Positions 37,402-47,713 of a DNA stretch of 64,000 nt are shown here, in pieces. Origin of the DNA: an uncultured Spirochaetota bacterium (GTDB lineage: Bacteria > Spirochaetota > Spirochaetia > SZUA-6 > Fen-1364); the NCBI GenBank assembly GCA_963820525.1, contig CAWGAA010000003.1:736001-800000 (forward strand). Reading direction: 5' to 3'. The notes beneath the pieces are model-generated. The model had not been told where the DNA came from. It ran no database searches and was given only the letters and a program-made list of their open reading frames with translations. Each line of letters begins with the position of its first letter. The first letter of the stretch is position 1. Position numbers and translations under genes: made by a program.

Positions 37402-38205
37402 ATGGCGAAAACGCGGGTCCAGGAATACGTGGAGAAGTATGCCGACCAGTCGATCCGCTTCACGCCGCACGCTCTGAAAAAAACGGGCCTCGTCCAGTCC
37501 CAGGTTTTCCTGATTATCCAAGACTACCACCTGATCTGCGCTCCCTACCAGATCTCCATGAGCCGCGCGCTCTTCCTCGTCGTCCTGAGCCCCCAGGAGA
37601 TCGTCTTCTTCCAGCAGTTCCAGAAGAAGATCTGTTCGATCAACCTCACCTTCCAGAACACGCAGGACCGGAAGCCCATAACCCTGCTCATCCGCGCCAC
37701 CCTGGATCGCGTGGGGCCCCTTAAGGGAAGGCAGAACGTCTGCATTATGGACACCGCAATCAGGAGCTGCCCGAACGACCTGGTGGAGATCATCGGCAAC
37801 TACATCACGGCCTCGGCCGCCCTGAAATCCCAGTACGAGGCCTTCCAGGACAAGCGGATCACGGTGGACGAGACGAGCTCCCGCTTGATGCGCTTCAACA
37901 ACTACTGCGAGCTCGTGGTGGGGGCAGCCAAGACCCGCGCCACCCTCCTCTCGTTTTCCGTGACCAGCCTCCTCCTGCGTCCATCCATCGAGATCCCGGG
38001 GCTGGAGGTGGGGGCCTCCTGTTCGGCGCGCCTCTACTTCCAGATCTACCAGTTCACGGTGAACGGGAAGATCGCCGGCGTGGAGAGAGACCCCCGCGGC
38101 CAGAGCCTGGTGACGATGATCATCGATTTCGCCCCCGAGCTGATCGAGATCGTCGACGATTACTTCTACAGGGAGACCATGCAGGGGAGGCCGAAAAATC
38201 CCTGA
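37402..38205 (+). CDS. PlzA-like PilZN3 + degenerate PilZ domain protein
   Basis: Length and N-terminal pattern (KKTGL....FL.I.DY.L.C.PY..SM, P.DLVEIIG) recall spirochaete PlzA. The C-terminal domain is beta-barrel-like but lacks RxxxR. Confidence 0.65.
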   Translation: MAKTRVQEYVEKYADQSIRFTPHALKKTGLVQSQVFLIIQDYHLICAPYQISMSRALFLVVLSPQEIVFFQQFQKKICSINLTFQNTQDRKPITLLIRATLDRVGPLKGRQNVCIMDTAIRSCPNDLVEIIGNYITASAALKSQYEAFQDKRITVDETSSRLMRFNNYCELVVGAAKTRATLLSFSVTSLLLRPSIEIPGLEVGASCSARLYFQIYQFTVNGKIAGVERDPRGQSLVTMIIDFAPELIEIVDDYFYRETMQGRPKNP

Positions 38206-38212
38206 CGCCGGT

Positions 38213-39727
38213 GTGGCAGCCCCCGATCCCATCCAGGAGCTTGCCGCCCGGGAGTTCGGCATCCCGTACCTCTACCCGATCCAGCGCTTCGTCATCTCCA
38301 ACATCCTGGAGGGCATACCCCAGATCGTGGTCCTCCCCACGGGATCGGGAAAATCGCTGTGCTTCCAGCTCCCATCCCTCGCCCTTCCCGGCCCGACGCT
38401 CGTCATTATCCCCCTCCTCTCCCTGATGGCGGACCAGGTGCGAAAGCTCACGGCCGCCAAAGCCCCGGTTGCGGCCCTCCGGGGGGGCATGTCGGCCGCG
38501 GAGAAGAAAGACCTGTTCCGGGGCATACGCGCGGGAGCAGTCCGGATCGTTTTCGCGACACCCGAGGCATGCCTCGTCCCGCGAACCGAGGCCGAGCTCG
38601 CGGCGTGCGCCTTCTCCCACCTCGTGGTTGACGAAGCCCACTGCATCTCGGAGTGGGGTGAAAGCTTCCGGCCCGTATACCGGGAGCTCGGCGCCCTCGC
38701 GCTGCGGCTCGGCATCCCGCTGATCACCGCATTCACGGCCACCGCCTCCGTGAAAGTCATTGAGAAGATCACGGCCATGCTCTTTGCCGGCATGGAGGTG
38801 AGGGTCGTCGCAGCCGCGCCAGACAGGCCGAACATCTTCTATCGCGTCATGCCGGCGCTGTGCAGGCTTCACGTCATCGTGCGCCTGTTGGGAAACCGCC
38901 CCGGCCCCACCCTTGTGTTCTGCCGCTCCCGAAAGGAAACCGAACTCGCCGCCCGCAGCCTTGCCAGACGCGTCCCATCGCGTGAGGTTTTCTTCTACCA
39001 CGCGGGGCTCACCGCTTTGGAGCGGAATCGCGTCGAGCGATGGTTCCTGGACTCGAGGGATGGGATGCTGTGCGCCACCTCGGCCTATGGCATGGGCGTG
39101 GACAAGCCCGACATCCGCACGGTGATCCACGCAAGCGTCCCTCCGTCGGTGGAGGCCTACCTGCAGGAGACGGGGAGGGCCGGTAGGGACGGCGAGCCCG
39201 CCGAGGCGATCCAGCTTGTCACGCGGGAAGACGAGCTGTTCCTCGCCACGCTCTCGGGCGAGGTGGAGAGGCAGAGGTATGCGGCGATGCTGGGATACGC
39301 GTTTTCGCGCGGAGAGTGCCGCAGGCAGCTCCTCCTCTCCTCCATCGGCCAGGAGGCTTCGGCCTGCTCCGGCTGCGACGTCTGCGACGCGAGCGCGGAG
39401 AACGAGCCCGAGGGGGCCAAAGAGATCGTCGGCTTCGTGAGACGGAACAGGCGGAGGTTCACGCCCGTGCTGGCCGCCGAGATCCTCTGCGGCGCTCGCA
39501 GTCCCCGCGTGGCGCGGGGATTTCTCGATTCCACTCCCGGCTATGGCCTGCTCCATGGGTGGAAAACCGAGGACATCGAGGAGGCGATAACGGAGCTTGT
39601 CGCATCCGGTGCGCTTCGTCTTCTTCGCTGGGGGCAGTGGGTGGGGAGGCTGTCCGCGCAGCGCGCGCCCGCCCTTGAACCGGCCCCTCATGCGTGCTAC
39701 ACTTTTTCATCCCTTTTGAAGTACTGA
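38213..39727 (+). CDS. recQ: RecQ family ATP-dependent DNA helicase (no HRDC domain)
   Basis: PTGSGKSLCFQLP, VDEAHCISEWG..FRP.Y, TATA, YHAG, GMGVDKPDIR, QETGRAGRDG, Zn site CRR...CSGCDVC and a winged-helix tail. Confidence 0.9.
   Translation: MAAPDPIQELAAREFGIPYLYPIQRFVISNILEGIPQIVVLPTGSGKSLCFQLPSLALPGPTLVIIPLLSLMADQVRKLTAAKAPVAALRGGMSAAEKKDLFRGIRAGAVRIVFATPEACLVPRTEAELAACAFSHLVVDEAHCISEWGESFRPVYRELGALALRLGIPLITAFTATASVKVIEKITAMLFAGMEVRVVAAAPDRPNIFYRVMPALCRLHVIVRLLGNRPGPTLVFCRSRKETELAARSLARRVPSREVFFYHAGLTALERNRVERWFLDSRDGMLCATSAYGMGVDKPDIRTVIHASVPPSVEAYLQETGRAGRDGEPAEAIQLVTREDELFLATLSGEVERQRYAAMLGYAFSRGECRRQLLLSSIGQEASACSGCDVCDASAENEPEGAKEIVGFVRRNRRRFTPVLAAEILCGARSPRVARGFLDSTPGYGLLHGWKTEDIEEAITELVASGALRLLRWGQWVGRLSAQRAPALEPAPHACYTFSSLLKY
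39675..39703 (+). promoter_or_regulatory. Promoter for the oxidoreductase operon, inside the recQ 3' end
   Basis: TTGAAC-17-TACACT with TGn extension. TAAGGAG RBS before ATG 39766. Confidence 0.6.
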
Positions 39728-39765
39728 AGCCCGGAATGTGGCAACGGTTGATGTAAGGAGACCGC

Positions 39766-40263
39766 ATGGAGCAGGCATTCAATGCTCTCCTGGGCGAGTG
39801 GAAGTCCGTCAAAGGCAACGTCATTCCCCTTTTGCAAAAGACCCAGGAGCTCTTCGGCTATCTCCCCGTGGAGGCCATGCGCGACATCGCCCGGGTCACG
39901 GGGAAAACGCCCGCTGAAGTCTACGGCGTCGCAACCTTCTATGCCCAGTTCCGCTTCACGCCCAGGGGAAAGCACCTGATCAAGGTATGCCACGGAACCG
40001 CCTGTCACGTGCAGGGCGCGGATTCGATGGACACGGTGCTGGAGACCGCGATCGGCGCCAAGGCGGGAGAGACGACCGCGGACGGCCTTTTCTCCGTGGA
40101 GCGAGTGGCCTGCCTCGGCTGCTGCTCCCTGGCGCCGGTGGTCATGATAGACGGCGAGGTGTATGGACGGCTCACCGGAGCAAAGCTGGGAAAAATTGTC
40201 GCGGCGGTGGGGGGGCGGAAAGTGAGCGCCCGAGCCGAAGCGGCCGCGGAGGGCGCAAAGTGA
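39766..40263 (+). CDS. NuoE/HydC-like [2Fe-2S] subunit (StnA-like)
   Basis: GVATFYAQF, VCHGTACHV, ACLGCCSLAPV. Confidence 0.92.
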   Translation: MEQAFNALLGEWKSVKGNVIPLLQKTQELFGYLPVEAMRDIARVTGKTPAEVYGVATFYAQFRFTPRGKHLIKVCHGTACHVQGADSMDTVLETAIGAKAGETTADGLFSVERVACLGCCSLAPVVMIDGEVYGRLTGAKLGKIVAAVGGRKVSARAEAAAEGAK

Positions 40264-42025
40264 GCGCGCGCGCCGAGATCGCCGTCGGAATGAGCTCGTG
40301 CGGCATTGCGGCGGGCGCCCGCGCCGTGTTCGACGCCTTGGGCAGGGAAGTTTCGCGGAGAGGCCTCCCGTGGGCGGTGGCCTCCACGGGGTGCAACGGA
40401 GCCTGCCACGCGGAACCGCTGGTGGAGGTGCGCCGGGACGGCGAGCGGTTCCTCTATGCAAACATTGACGAGGCAAAGGCGCTTCGGATCGTTGAAAGCC
40501 ACCTCGCGGGGGGAACGCCCGTCACGGAGCTTCTCATCCCCCCGGACTACCCCTACCTCGCTATGCAGAAACGGATCGTGCTCGCCAACTGCGGGCTCAT
40601 AGACCCCGAGTCCATAGACCAGTATATCGAGCGGGACGGGTATTCGGCGCTGCGCAAGGCGCTCTTTTCCATGACGCCCGGGGGGGTGATCGAGGAGGTG
40701 AAGTCCTCGGGCCTTCGCGGAAGGGGCGGGGCTGGCTTCTCCGCCGGGCAGAAGTGGGTATTCGCGCGCGACGCAAAGGGAGAGCGCAAGTTCGTCATCT
40801 GCAATGCCGACGAGGGGGACCCCGGGGCCTTCATGGACCGTTCGGTGCTCGAGGGGACCCGCACGAGGTGCTGGAGGGAATGCTGATCGCGGCCTATGCC
40901 ATCGGCGCCCAGGAAGGCTACATCTACGTGCGCGCCGAGTACCCCCTGGCCATCACGCGCATTCGCATCGCGCTGGAGCAGATGGAGGGGAAAGCTCTCC
41001 TGGGCGAGCGGATCCTCGGCTCCGAGTTCGCCTTCCGCCTCCACATCAAGGAGGGCGCAGGGGCGTTCGTCTGCGGAGAGGAAACCGCCCTCATGGGCTC
41101 CATCGAGGGAAGGCGCGGCATGCCCAACCTGAGGCCCCCCTACCCCGCGGTGCGCGGCCTGTGGGGCTGCCCGACAAACATCAACAACGTGGAGACCTAT
41201 GCGAACATCCCCTCGATAATCCGCATGGGCGGCGCCCGCTTCGCCGGCCTGGGAACGGAGAAGAGCAAGGGCACCAAGATCTTCGCCCTGGCGGGAAAGA
41301 TCAAGCGCGGCGGGATGATCGAGGTCCCCATGGGGATCAGCCTGCGCCGGATCATCTACGACATCGGCGGGGGCATCCAGGGGGACCATGCCTTCAAGGC
41401 AGTCCAGATGGGAGGGCCTTCGGGAGGGTGCATTCCATCGAGCCTTGCCGACGTTCTCATCGACTATGACTCGCTCACCGCCACCGGCGCGATCATGGGA
41501 TCCGGCGGAATGGTGGTCATGGACGATTCCACCTGCATGGTGGACATCGCGCGCTACTTCCTTTCCTTCATCCAGAGCGAATCATGCGGGAAGTGCACCT
41601 TCTGCCGCATCGGCACGAAACGGATGCTGGAGATCCTCACGCGCATCACGGAGGGCAGGGGCGAGGAGACGGACATCGGGGAGCTGGAGGAGCTGGCGGA
41701 AAAGGTGAAGGTTTCCTCGCTGTGCGGTCTCGGCCAGACGGCCCCCAACCCCGTCCTGACGACCCTGCGCTTCTTCCGCTCGGAGTACGACGAGCACATC
41801 AGGAACAAGCGCTGTCCCGCCAAGAAATGCAAGGCCCTTATCCGCTTCGGCGTGAATGCGGAGAGCTGCACGGGCTGCACCCTCTGCGTCAAGGTCTGCC
41901 CCACAAAAGCGGCGCGAGGGGAGAGGAAGAAGGCCCATTGGATAGACCAGGAGACCTGCATCCGCTGCGGCCTGTGTCTGGAGGCATGCCGGTTCGACGC
42001 GATCAAGGTCGCAACCGGACCATGA
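40260..42025 (+). CDS. NuoF/HydB-like FMN/NADH-binding subunit (StnB-like); one-base frameshift near 40853-40856
   Basis: N-terminal thioredoxin-like [2Fe-2S] ([14 protein letters not shown]), [53 protein letters not shown], and two C-terminal [4Fe-4S] motifs. One extra G restores LEGDPH. Confidence 0.88.
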
Positions 42026-45000
42026 GCGAACAGAGAATCGAGATCACGCTGGACGGCAGAAAGCTCATGGTGGAGCCGGGGAAGACCATCCTGGAGGTTG
42101 CGCAGAGCCAGGGGATCGATGTTCCCACCCTCTGCCATGACCGCCGCCTGGAGCCCTTTGCCTCCTGCTGGGTTTGCCTCGTGAAGGTGGAGAAGGCGAA
42201 AGGGTTCGTGCCCTCGTGCGGCACAAGAGTCGCTCCGGGGATGGTCATTTCCACCTCCTCGACGGACGTGCTCGCCGCGCGAAAGACGGCCTTCGAGCTC
42301 CTGCTCTCCAATCACTACGGCGATTGCAAAGCGCCCTGCTCCCTCTCCTGCCCTTCCAATGTCGATATCCAGGGCTACATCGGCCTTCTGGCAAACGGCA
42401 GGACGGCCGAGGCCGCGGAGCTGATCCGCAGGGACAACCCGATGCCCGCCGTGATCGGGAGGATCTGCCCGCGGCCGTGCGAGTCCGCGTGCAGGCGGCG
42501 CCTGGTGGACGAGCCGCTCAACATCAACGGCCTGAAGCGCTTCGTCGCCGACGCGGAAAGCGAGACGGGCGGGATGCCGGCGGGAGCGCTCCCCCCTCGA
42601 ATGGGCAAAAGGGTCGCCATCGTGGGCGCCGGGCCTGCCGGGCTTTCCGCCGCCTGGTACCTGTCCCAGGAAGGCGTGGACGTCACCCTCTTCGAGGCCA
42701 TGGAGAAGGCGGGCGGAATGCTTCGCTATGGAATCCCCGACTACCGGCTCCCCTCAGCCGTGCTCGACCGCGCGATCGCCGAGATGCTGAGCCTGGGGGC
42801 CGTGCTCAAGACCGGGGTGGCGCTGGGAAAAGACATATCCCTGGTGGACATTCGGTCCGACTTCGACGCCGTTATTCTCGCGATCGGGGCCTGGAAGAGC
42901 CGGGACCTTCGCATCCCGGGGGAAGAGCATAAAGAAGTGCTTTCCGGCATCGAGTTTCTCCGGGACGTGAACTCGGGAAAGCCGGCAGCGGTGGGCGCGC
43001 GCGTGGCGGTCATCGGCGGCGGAAACACGGCGCTGGACGCGGCCCGATGCTCGCTCCGCCTGGGCGCGCAAAACGTCACGATCTACTACCGCCGAACGCG
43101 GGAGGAGATGCCGGCCTCCGATGCCGAGATCGAGGAAGCCCTTGAGGAGGGGATCGGCATCCAGTTCCTCGCCGCTCCCGTATCGATTCATGCCGAAGGC
43201 GAGCGCCTGAAGTCCCTGACCCTGTTGAAGATGGAGCTGGGCGAGCCTGACGCCTCGGGGCGGAAACGGCCGGTTCCCATCACGGGCTCCGAGTTCTCCG
43301 AGCCCGTGGACAGCGTGATCTCCGCCGTAGGACAGTACGCGGACACCCGTCTTCTGGAATCCCTCCCCGGGCTCGTTGACGGGAGAGGCAGCCTGATCGG
43401 TGACCCCGAGACGGGCTCGACCGGGATTCAGGGAGTGTTTGCCGCGGGAGACCTCCTGAGCGGGGCCGATATCGCCATCCGGGCCGTCGCCGGCGGAAAG
43501 AATGCCGCCCGCTCGGTGCTGGCCGCTTTCGAGGCGCGGCCGGTCGTTCTGCCGAGGGAGTTCCTCAGCAAGAAAGAGGATTTCCGGGAGCCGTCTCCTG
43601 ACGATTACAAGGACACCCTTCGCGCTCCTCGATCGAGAGCGCATCTGCGCGCCCCTGAAGCCCGAAAGAAGGATTTCGCCGAGATCGAGAGCGCCCTGAG
43701 CCGGGACCAGGCAATGGCTGAAGCCGCCCGCTGCCTTGCCTGCGGCTGTCAGGACCTGAAGGAGTGCAGGCTCAAGGACTATGCCGGCCGCTACGACGCC
43801 ATGGCAAAGCGGTTTCTTGGCGAGGTGGCGGTCCATCCCATAGACGACAGCCATCCCTTCATCTCCCGCGACCCTTCCAAGTGCATCCTCTGCGGCCGCT
43901 GCGTCAGGATCTGCCTGGAGGTCCAGGGGATCGGGGTGTTCGGATACATGTACCGCGGCTTCGCCTCACTCGTGGCCCCTTCTTTCGGAACGCCTTTCGG
44001 CAGCGACACGGCCTGCAACTCCTGCGGCCAGTGCGTGTCGGCATGTCCCGTTGGAGCCCTCACGGAGAAGCTCCCGGGGCGAAAGACCGTTCCCCTGGAG
44101 GAGACGGTGGAGGAGGGCTACTGCTCCCTCTGCTCGATGTGCTGCGCCCTGGAGTATCGACGGCACGGAAGCATGCTCACGCGGGTGACCGAGCGCTTCG
44201 AGGGGCCCGGCAACGGCAAGCTGTGCAAAAAGGGAAGGTTCGGCCACGGTTTCCTGGACCATCGGACGGCGGGAGGCCCCCGGGGACCTGACGGCGCCGC
44301 GCTCACCCTGGATCAGGCGGCGGAGATGGCCCGGCGGATGCTCGCCGAGGCCAGACACCCTCTCATGCGAATCTCCCCGCTTCTCTGCGGCGAAGCGATA
44401 GACGCTTTTGTGGCCGCCGCCGCGAAAATGGGAATCCCCGTCCAGGCGTACGGCCTGGAGCGCCTTGATCCCGGCTGGGCCCGTCTTGTCGACCTGGATG
44501 GCCGCGCAGACGGTCTCTTTCAGCCCGGATACCTCGCTTCCCCGAACACGGTTTGCCTCATGGTGGGCGATATAGCTTCCTCCAACAACGTGGCATTCAC
44601 CGAGGTCTATAGAATGCGGCGCCAGGGCCTGATCGAGCCCTGGATCGTGGGACATGACGATGAAGTGGCTCGGCGGGTCGCCTCGAAGGTCGAACCCGAC
44701 CTTTCAAAGCTCAAAGCCATTCTGGAAATCGCTTCGAAAGAAGGCAAAACGGTAGAGGTTCTCGTCAACCCCGAGGCAATCCATGAAAGACATGGCAAAC
44801 GGGCTGAGAAAGCCGTTCTGGAAGCATTGAGCGCAGCGGGTGCGGCAGGAAACCATCGAGTGACTCTCCTCTGGAATTGCCGCAACTCGGGCTATCTTCT
44901 CTCTCAGGTGCACAAAGCAACCCTTGCCGGAAAACACGACCTGTATCTCGACGCTGGAATAGATGATGGAGATGCTTCGGCAAAGCGGATCGTCTGGGGG

Positions 45001-45144
45001 AGAGGAAACGGAGAGAAGACCCTCTCGATTCCCCTTCCTCTTGAATTGTGGATCAGGGGAAGGTCGTACCCTTCGGGAAGAGAGAGCCTCCGGATCGGTT
45101 CGATTGATGAAGAGGGCCTCGCCGCGCTGACCCTCCTGCTATAG
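42022..45144 (+). CDS. Large subunit: [2Fe-2S] + GltD/NfnB-like FAD/NADP(H) oxidoreductase + NuoG-like Fe-S domains + degenerate tail (StnC-like)
   Basis: PTLCH...[54 protein letters not shown] (NADPH type); [33 protein letters not shown]...LC.KGRFG. Confidence 0.82.
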   Translation: MSEQRIEITLDGRKLMVEPGKTILEVAQSQGIDVPTLCHDRRLEPFASCWVCLVKVEKAKGFVPSCGTRVAPGMVISTSSTDVLAARKTAFELLLSNHYGDCKAPCSLSCPSNVDIQGYIGLLANGRTAEAAELIRRDNPMPAVIGRICPRPCESACRRRLVDEPLNINGLKRFVADAESETGGMPAGALPPRMGKRVAIVGAGPAGLSAAWYLSQEGVDVTLFEAMEKAGGMLRYGIPDYRLPSAVLDRAIAEMLSLGAVLKTGVALGKDISLVDIRSDFDAVILAIGAWKSRDLRIPGEEHKEVLSGIEFLRDVNSGKPAAVGARVAVIGGGNTALDAARCSLRLGAQNVTIYYRRTREEMPASDAEIEEALEEGIGIQFLAAPVSIHAEGERLKSLTLLKMELGEPDASGRKRPVPITGSEFSEPVDSVISAVGQYADTRLLESLPGLVDGRGSLIGDPETGSTGIQGVFAAGDLLSGADIAIRAVAGGKNAARSVLAAFEARPVVLPREFLSKKEDFREPSPDDYKDTLRAPRSRAHLRAPEARKKDFAEIESALSRDQAMAEAARCLACGCQDLKECRLKDYAGRYDAMAKRFLGEVAVHPIDDSHPFISRDPSKCILCGRCVRICLEVQGIGVFGYMYRGFASLVAPSFGTPFGSDTACNSCGQCVSACPVGALTEKLPGRKTVPLEETVEEGYCSLCSMCCALEYRRHGSMLTRVTERFEGPGNGKLCKKGRFGHGFLDHRTAGGPRGPDGAALTLDQAAEMARRMLAEARHPLMRISPLLCGEAIDAFVAAAAKMGIPVQAYGLERLDPGWARLVDLDGRADGLFQPGYLASPNTVCLMVGDIASSNNVAFTEVYRMRRQGLIEPWIVGHDDEVARRVASKVEPDLSKLKAILEIASKEGKTVEVLVNPEAIHERHGKRAEKAVLEALSAAGAAGNHRVTLLWNCRNSGYLLSQVHKATLAGKHDLYLDAGIDDGDASAKRIVWGRGNGEKTLSIPLPLELWIRGRSYPSGRESLRIGSIDEEGLAALTLLL

Positions 45145-45330
45145 GACTTTTACCACCTTGCCGCTTCGCAGGCAGCGGGTGCAGATCTTGACCGTCGTCT
45201 TGGTGCTTCCCACCATGGTCCGTACCTTGTGGAGATTCGGCTTCCAGGTTCTGCGGGTCCGATTCTTCGCGTGGCTTACTTTATTTCCGGTGACCGTGCT
45301 CTTGCCGCATATATCGCACTTGCGAGCCAT
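45139..45330 (-). CDS. rpmB: 50S ribosomal protein L28 (Zn-ribbon CxxC...CxxC form)
   Basis: MARKCDICGK....GNKVSHAKNRTRRTWKPNL...ICTRCLRSG. GAGG RBS; promoter TTTACA-17-TATGTT at 45397-45369. Confidence 0.96.
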   Translation of the reverse strand: MARKCDICGKSTVTGNKVSHAKNRTRRTWKPNLHKVRTMVGSTKTTVKICTRCLRSGKVVKVL

Positions 45331-45494
45331 AGTATTTCCTCACCTTGAGTCGAGATTCGTGAGCAAAAAACATACACAAAACAGTTGATTGTGTAAAGAG
45401 GAGGCCGGGGGGTTTATGGGGCGGACGCCCATCTGACTTCGGCCGCCGGTTTTTGTATATTTATACGGTACAGCACGGAAACGGGAGAATGAAT

Positions 45495-45932
45495 ATGAGA
45501 ACAGTTCGAGACGTCTTGAAGGAAAAGGGAAACGCGATGTGGACGGTCAGCCCGGATGCAACCGTCTTCGAAGCCCTCCAGCTCATGGCCGAGCGCAACA
45601 TCGGAGCCGTCATGGTGCTCGAAGGGGGGGCCCTCGTCGGCATCCTCTCCGAGAGGGATTACGCGCGCAAGGTGGTTCTCAAGGGCCGGATGTCCAAGGA
45701 CACGCGGGCGCGCGATATCATGACTGAACACGTCCTGTTCGCGCGGCCGGACCAGAGCATCGAGGAGTGCATGGCGGTGATGACCAACAAGCACATCCGG
45801 CATCTTCCCGTATTCGAGGCGGACAAGCTCGCCGGCCTGATCTCCATTGGTGACGTCGTGAAGGCCATCATCGAGGACCAAGGATTCACGATAGGGCAGC
45901 TCACCGACTATATAACAGGAAAGACCCGATAG
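45495..45932 (+). CDS. CBS-pair domain protein
   Basis: NIGAVMV, GILSERDYARKV, IRHLPV, GLISIGDVVK. Upstream CTGACT-17-TATATT and a GGGAG RBS. Confidence 0.92.
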   Translation: MRTVRDVLKEKGNAMWTVSPDATVFEALQLMAERNIGAVMVLEGGALVGILSERDYARKVVLKGRMSKDTRARDIMTEHVLFARPDQSIEECMAVMTNKHIRHLPVFEADKLAGLISIGDVVKAIIEDQGFTIGQLTDYITGKTR

Positions 45933-45989
45933 CGCGGCCGGCACCTCGCCTGATCCGGCGTTATGCGGTCCGCGGAAAGGAGTCGAATC

Positions 45990-46781
45990 ATGAAAAAAAG
46001 TTTCTTTGCCGTTCTTCTCCTGCTCGCCCTCTCGTCGCTTTCGGCCATGGCTGACGCCAGGGCCATGCTCAACATCAAGTCCCCCTCGGCCCTCGAGGCG
46101 AACCAGGGAGACCTCGACATCCTGCATCGCTTCTTCGGCAGCATTTTCGAACAGCCGCTCCAGTCACTTTTCGGAATCAACTCCGGGGCCAATGTGTACA
46201 TCGGCTACCGTTATATGATCGGCTCCGGCTTCGAGCTCAATGCCGGCTACTACTGGCTGTACCAGGAGTTCACCGTGGGGGCAAGCTACACGTACAGCAT
46301 GCCATTCGGGCTCCACACCCAGGCCGACCTCCAGTACTTCAACCTCGCCCCTTCGGCCACGGAGCGCGCGGGAGGCGTCTATGCAGTCGTGAGCCTGCAG
46401 ACCGACCCGCTTTGGGGGTTGTTTTCACCGGTACTGGTGACGGGCTACGACAGCTACTACAACCGCCTGGGCTTCGGCGCCGGCCTGCTCGTGACCGTCA
46501 TGGAGGGGCTTTCCGTCATCGCCGAGGTCTACCCGCCCTTCGGGATCGGAGGAACCGCCCACACCGACGAGCTGGCCGCCTACGCGACGGTGTCGCTGGG
46601 CGTTAGGCTGGACACCTTCGGGCACAACTTCGTGTTCCTCGTCGGCAACAGCTACCAGATGGAAGAGCGCAGGCTCATGGCCGGCTCAATCGGCGGGCCT
46701 CCCGGCACCGGCCTTGGCGGAACCGGCTTCCTCAACGCCCTGTACCTCGGCTTCAACGTTCATCGGCGCTTCGACTACTAG
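45990..46781 (+). CDS. Exported beta-barrel protein, DUF5777-like
   Basis: AAGGAG RBS, signal peptide, ILHRFFG, FGINSGAN, TFGHNF.F.VGN and C-terminal LYLGFNVHRRF. Confidence 0.6.
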   Translation: MKKSFFAVLLLLALSSLSAMADARAMLNIKSPSALEANQGDLDILHRFFGSIFEQPLQSLFGINSGANVYIGYRYMIGSGFELNAGYYWLYQEFTVGASYTYSMPFGLHTQADLQYFNLAPSATERAGGVYAVVSLQTDPLWGLFSPVLVTGYDSYYNRLGFGAGLLVTVMEGLSVIAEVYPPFGIGGTAHTDELAAYATVSLGVRLDTFGHNFVFLVGNSYQMEERRLMAGSIGGPPGTGLGGTGFLNALYLGFNVHRRFDY

Positions 46782-47212
46782 CCCGTGATATCGATCTTCC
46801 ATCCCATGTCGGGATGCACGGCGCATTGGTAATAGATGAGGGCGGGAGTCGATGCCCCGGGGGTGAAGGTCAGGGTGCCGGTCTGGGTCTGCGATCCCAT
46901 GACTCCGGACGTGATCTCGCCCGGCGCGCCCGGCCCGCCGGTGGGATCCGTAGTGAGATAGAATGGATGCCCCGGGGTATCGATGCCGAAGGTATAGGTG
47001 ACGCCCCTGGTCAGGGTGATCTCCTGCTCGTGCACCCCGTTTATGGCGAAACAAAACGCGTTGCCGACGCCGAAGTAAGGATCTCCCGCGGTTTTCGCCA
47101 CCGCCGTCACGTCGAAGTCCGCGTTGGCCGTCGTGCCTGCGGGCATGCACGAGACAAGCGCGAGGGCCAGGAGGCCCGCACCCGATACCGTAATCCATTT
47201 CAACAAGCGCAT
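46778..47212 (-). CDS. Cupredoxin-like lipoprotein
   Basis: Lipobox LVSC, L.RG.TY.F, GHPFYL and YYQCAVHPDMG (His / Cys-x2-His-x2-Met, a type-1-copper-like ligand set). Confidence 0.65.
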   Translation of the reverse strand: MRLLKWITVSGAGLLALALVSCMPAGTTANADFDVTAVAKTAGDPYFGVGNAFCFAINGVHEQEITLTRGVTYTFGIDTPGHPFYLTTDPTGGPGAPGEITSGVMGSQTQTGTLTFTPGASTPALIYYQCAVHPDMGWKIDITG

Positions 47213-47275
47213 CGCTTACCGTCTCCTTCACGCATCTCATACGCGGGAGCGCGGACTTCGGATGCATGGCGCCCT

Positions 47276-47713
47276 TTATTTTCCTCCCGGACGGGACCTC
47301 TCTTCCACCGCCAGGCTGAGCCTTTCCGCTCCCGACTTCTTCACGGCGTCGAGCACCTGGATGACACGGTCGAAGATGACGCTCTTGTCCGACCTCACGA
47401 TCACCGTGGTGGTCGTGTCGCCGGCAAGCAGGGCCTTCACCCCCGCCGTCAGGCCGGAGAGCGCGGCGGGCTTTCCGCCGAGGTAGATCTGGCCCCGGGC
47501 GTCGATCGACACCTCGATGGGGCTCTTGGGCTGCGCCGGAGCACGCACGTCGGCCTGCGGCAGCTTCACCTGGATCCGCGATTCGCGGCTGGGATTGAAG
47601 GTGTACACGAGACTGAAAGAGGTGAAGAAAAAGATGAACATGTTGAGGATGATGTCGGTGATCGCCACGGACTCCAGGGAGACCATGGCGTCCCTGTGCG
47701 TGCGGATTTTCAC
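47276..47713 (-). CDS. exbD: ExbD/TolR family biopolymer transport protein
   Basis: Single TM with the conserved Asp (AITDIILNMFIFF), V.LP.A, VRSDK, V..LD. Confidence 0.85.
   Translation of the reverse strand: MKIRTHRDAMVSLESVAITDIILNMFIFFFTSFSLVYTFNPSRESRIQVKLPQADVRAPAQPKSPIEVSIDARGQIYLGGKPAALSGLTAGVKALLAGDTTTTVIVRSDKSVIFDRVIQVLDAVKKSGAERLSLAVEERSRPGGK

Noticed and set aside
40840..40890. Programmed ribosomal frameshifting or true pseudogenes at the four breaks
   Set aside because: No canonical X XXY YYZ slippery heptamers. The breaks fall inside conserved domains at short homopolymers or CCNGG, so sequencing error is more parsimonious.
39766..45144. [FeFe]-hydrogenase or formate dehydrogenase
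   Set aside because: The large subunit has no H-cluster motifs and no Mo/W-ligand Cys/Sec motif. It has a GltD-like FAD/NADPH module instead.
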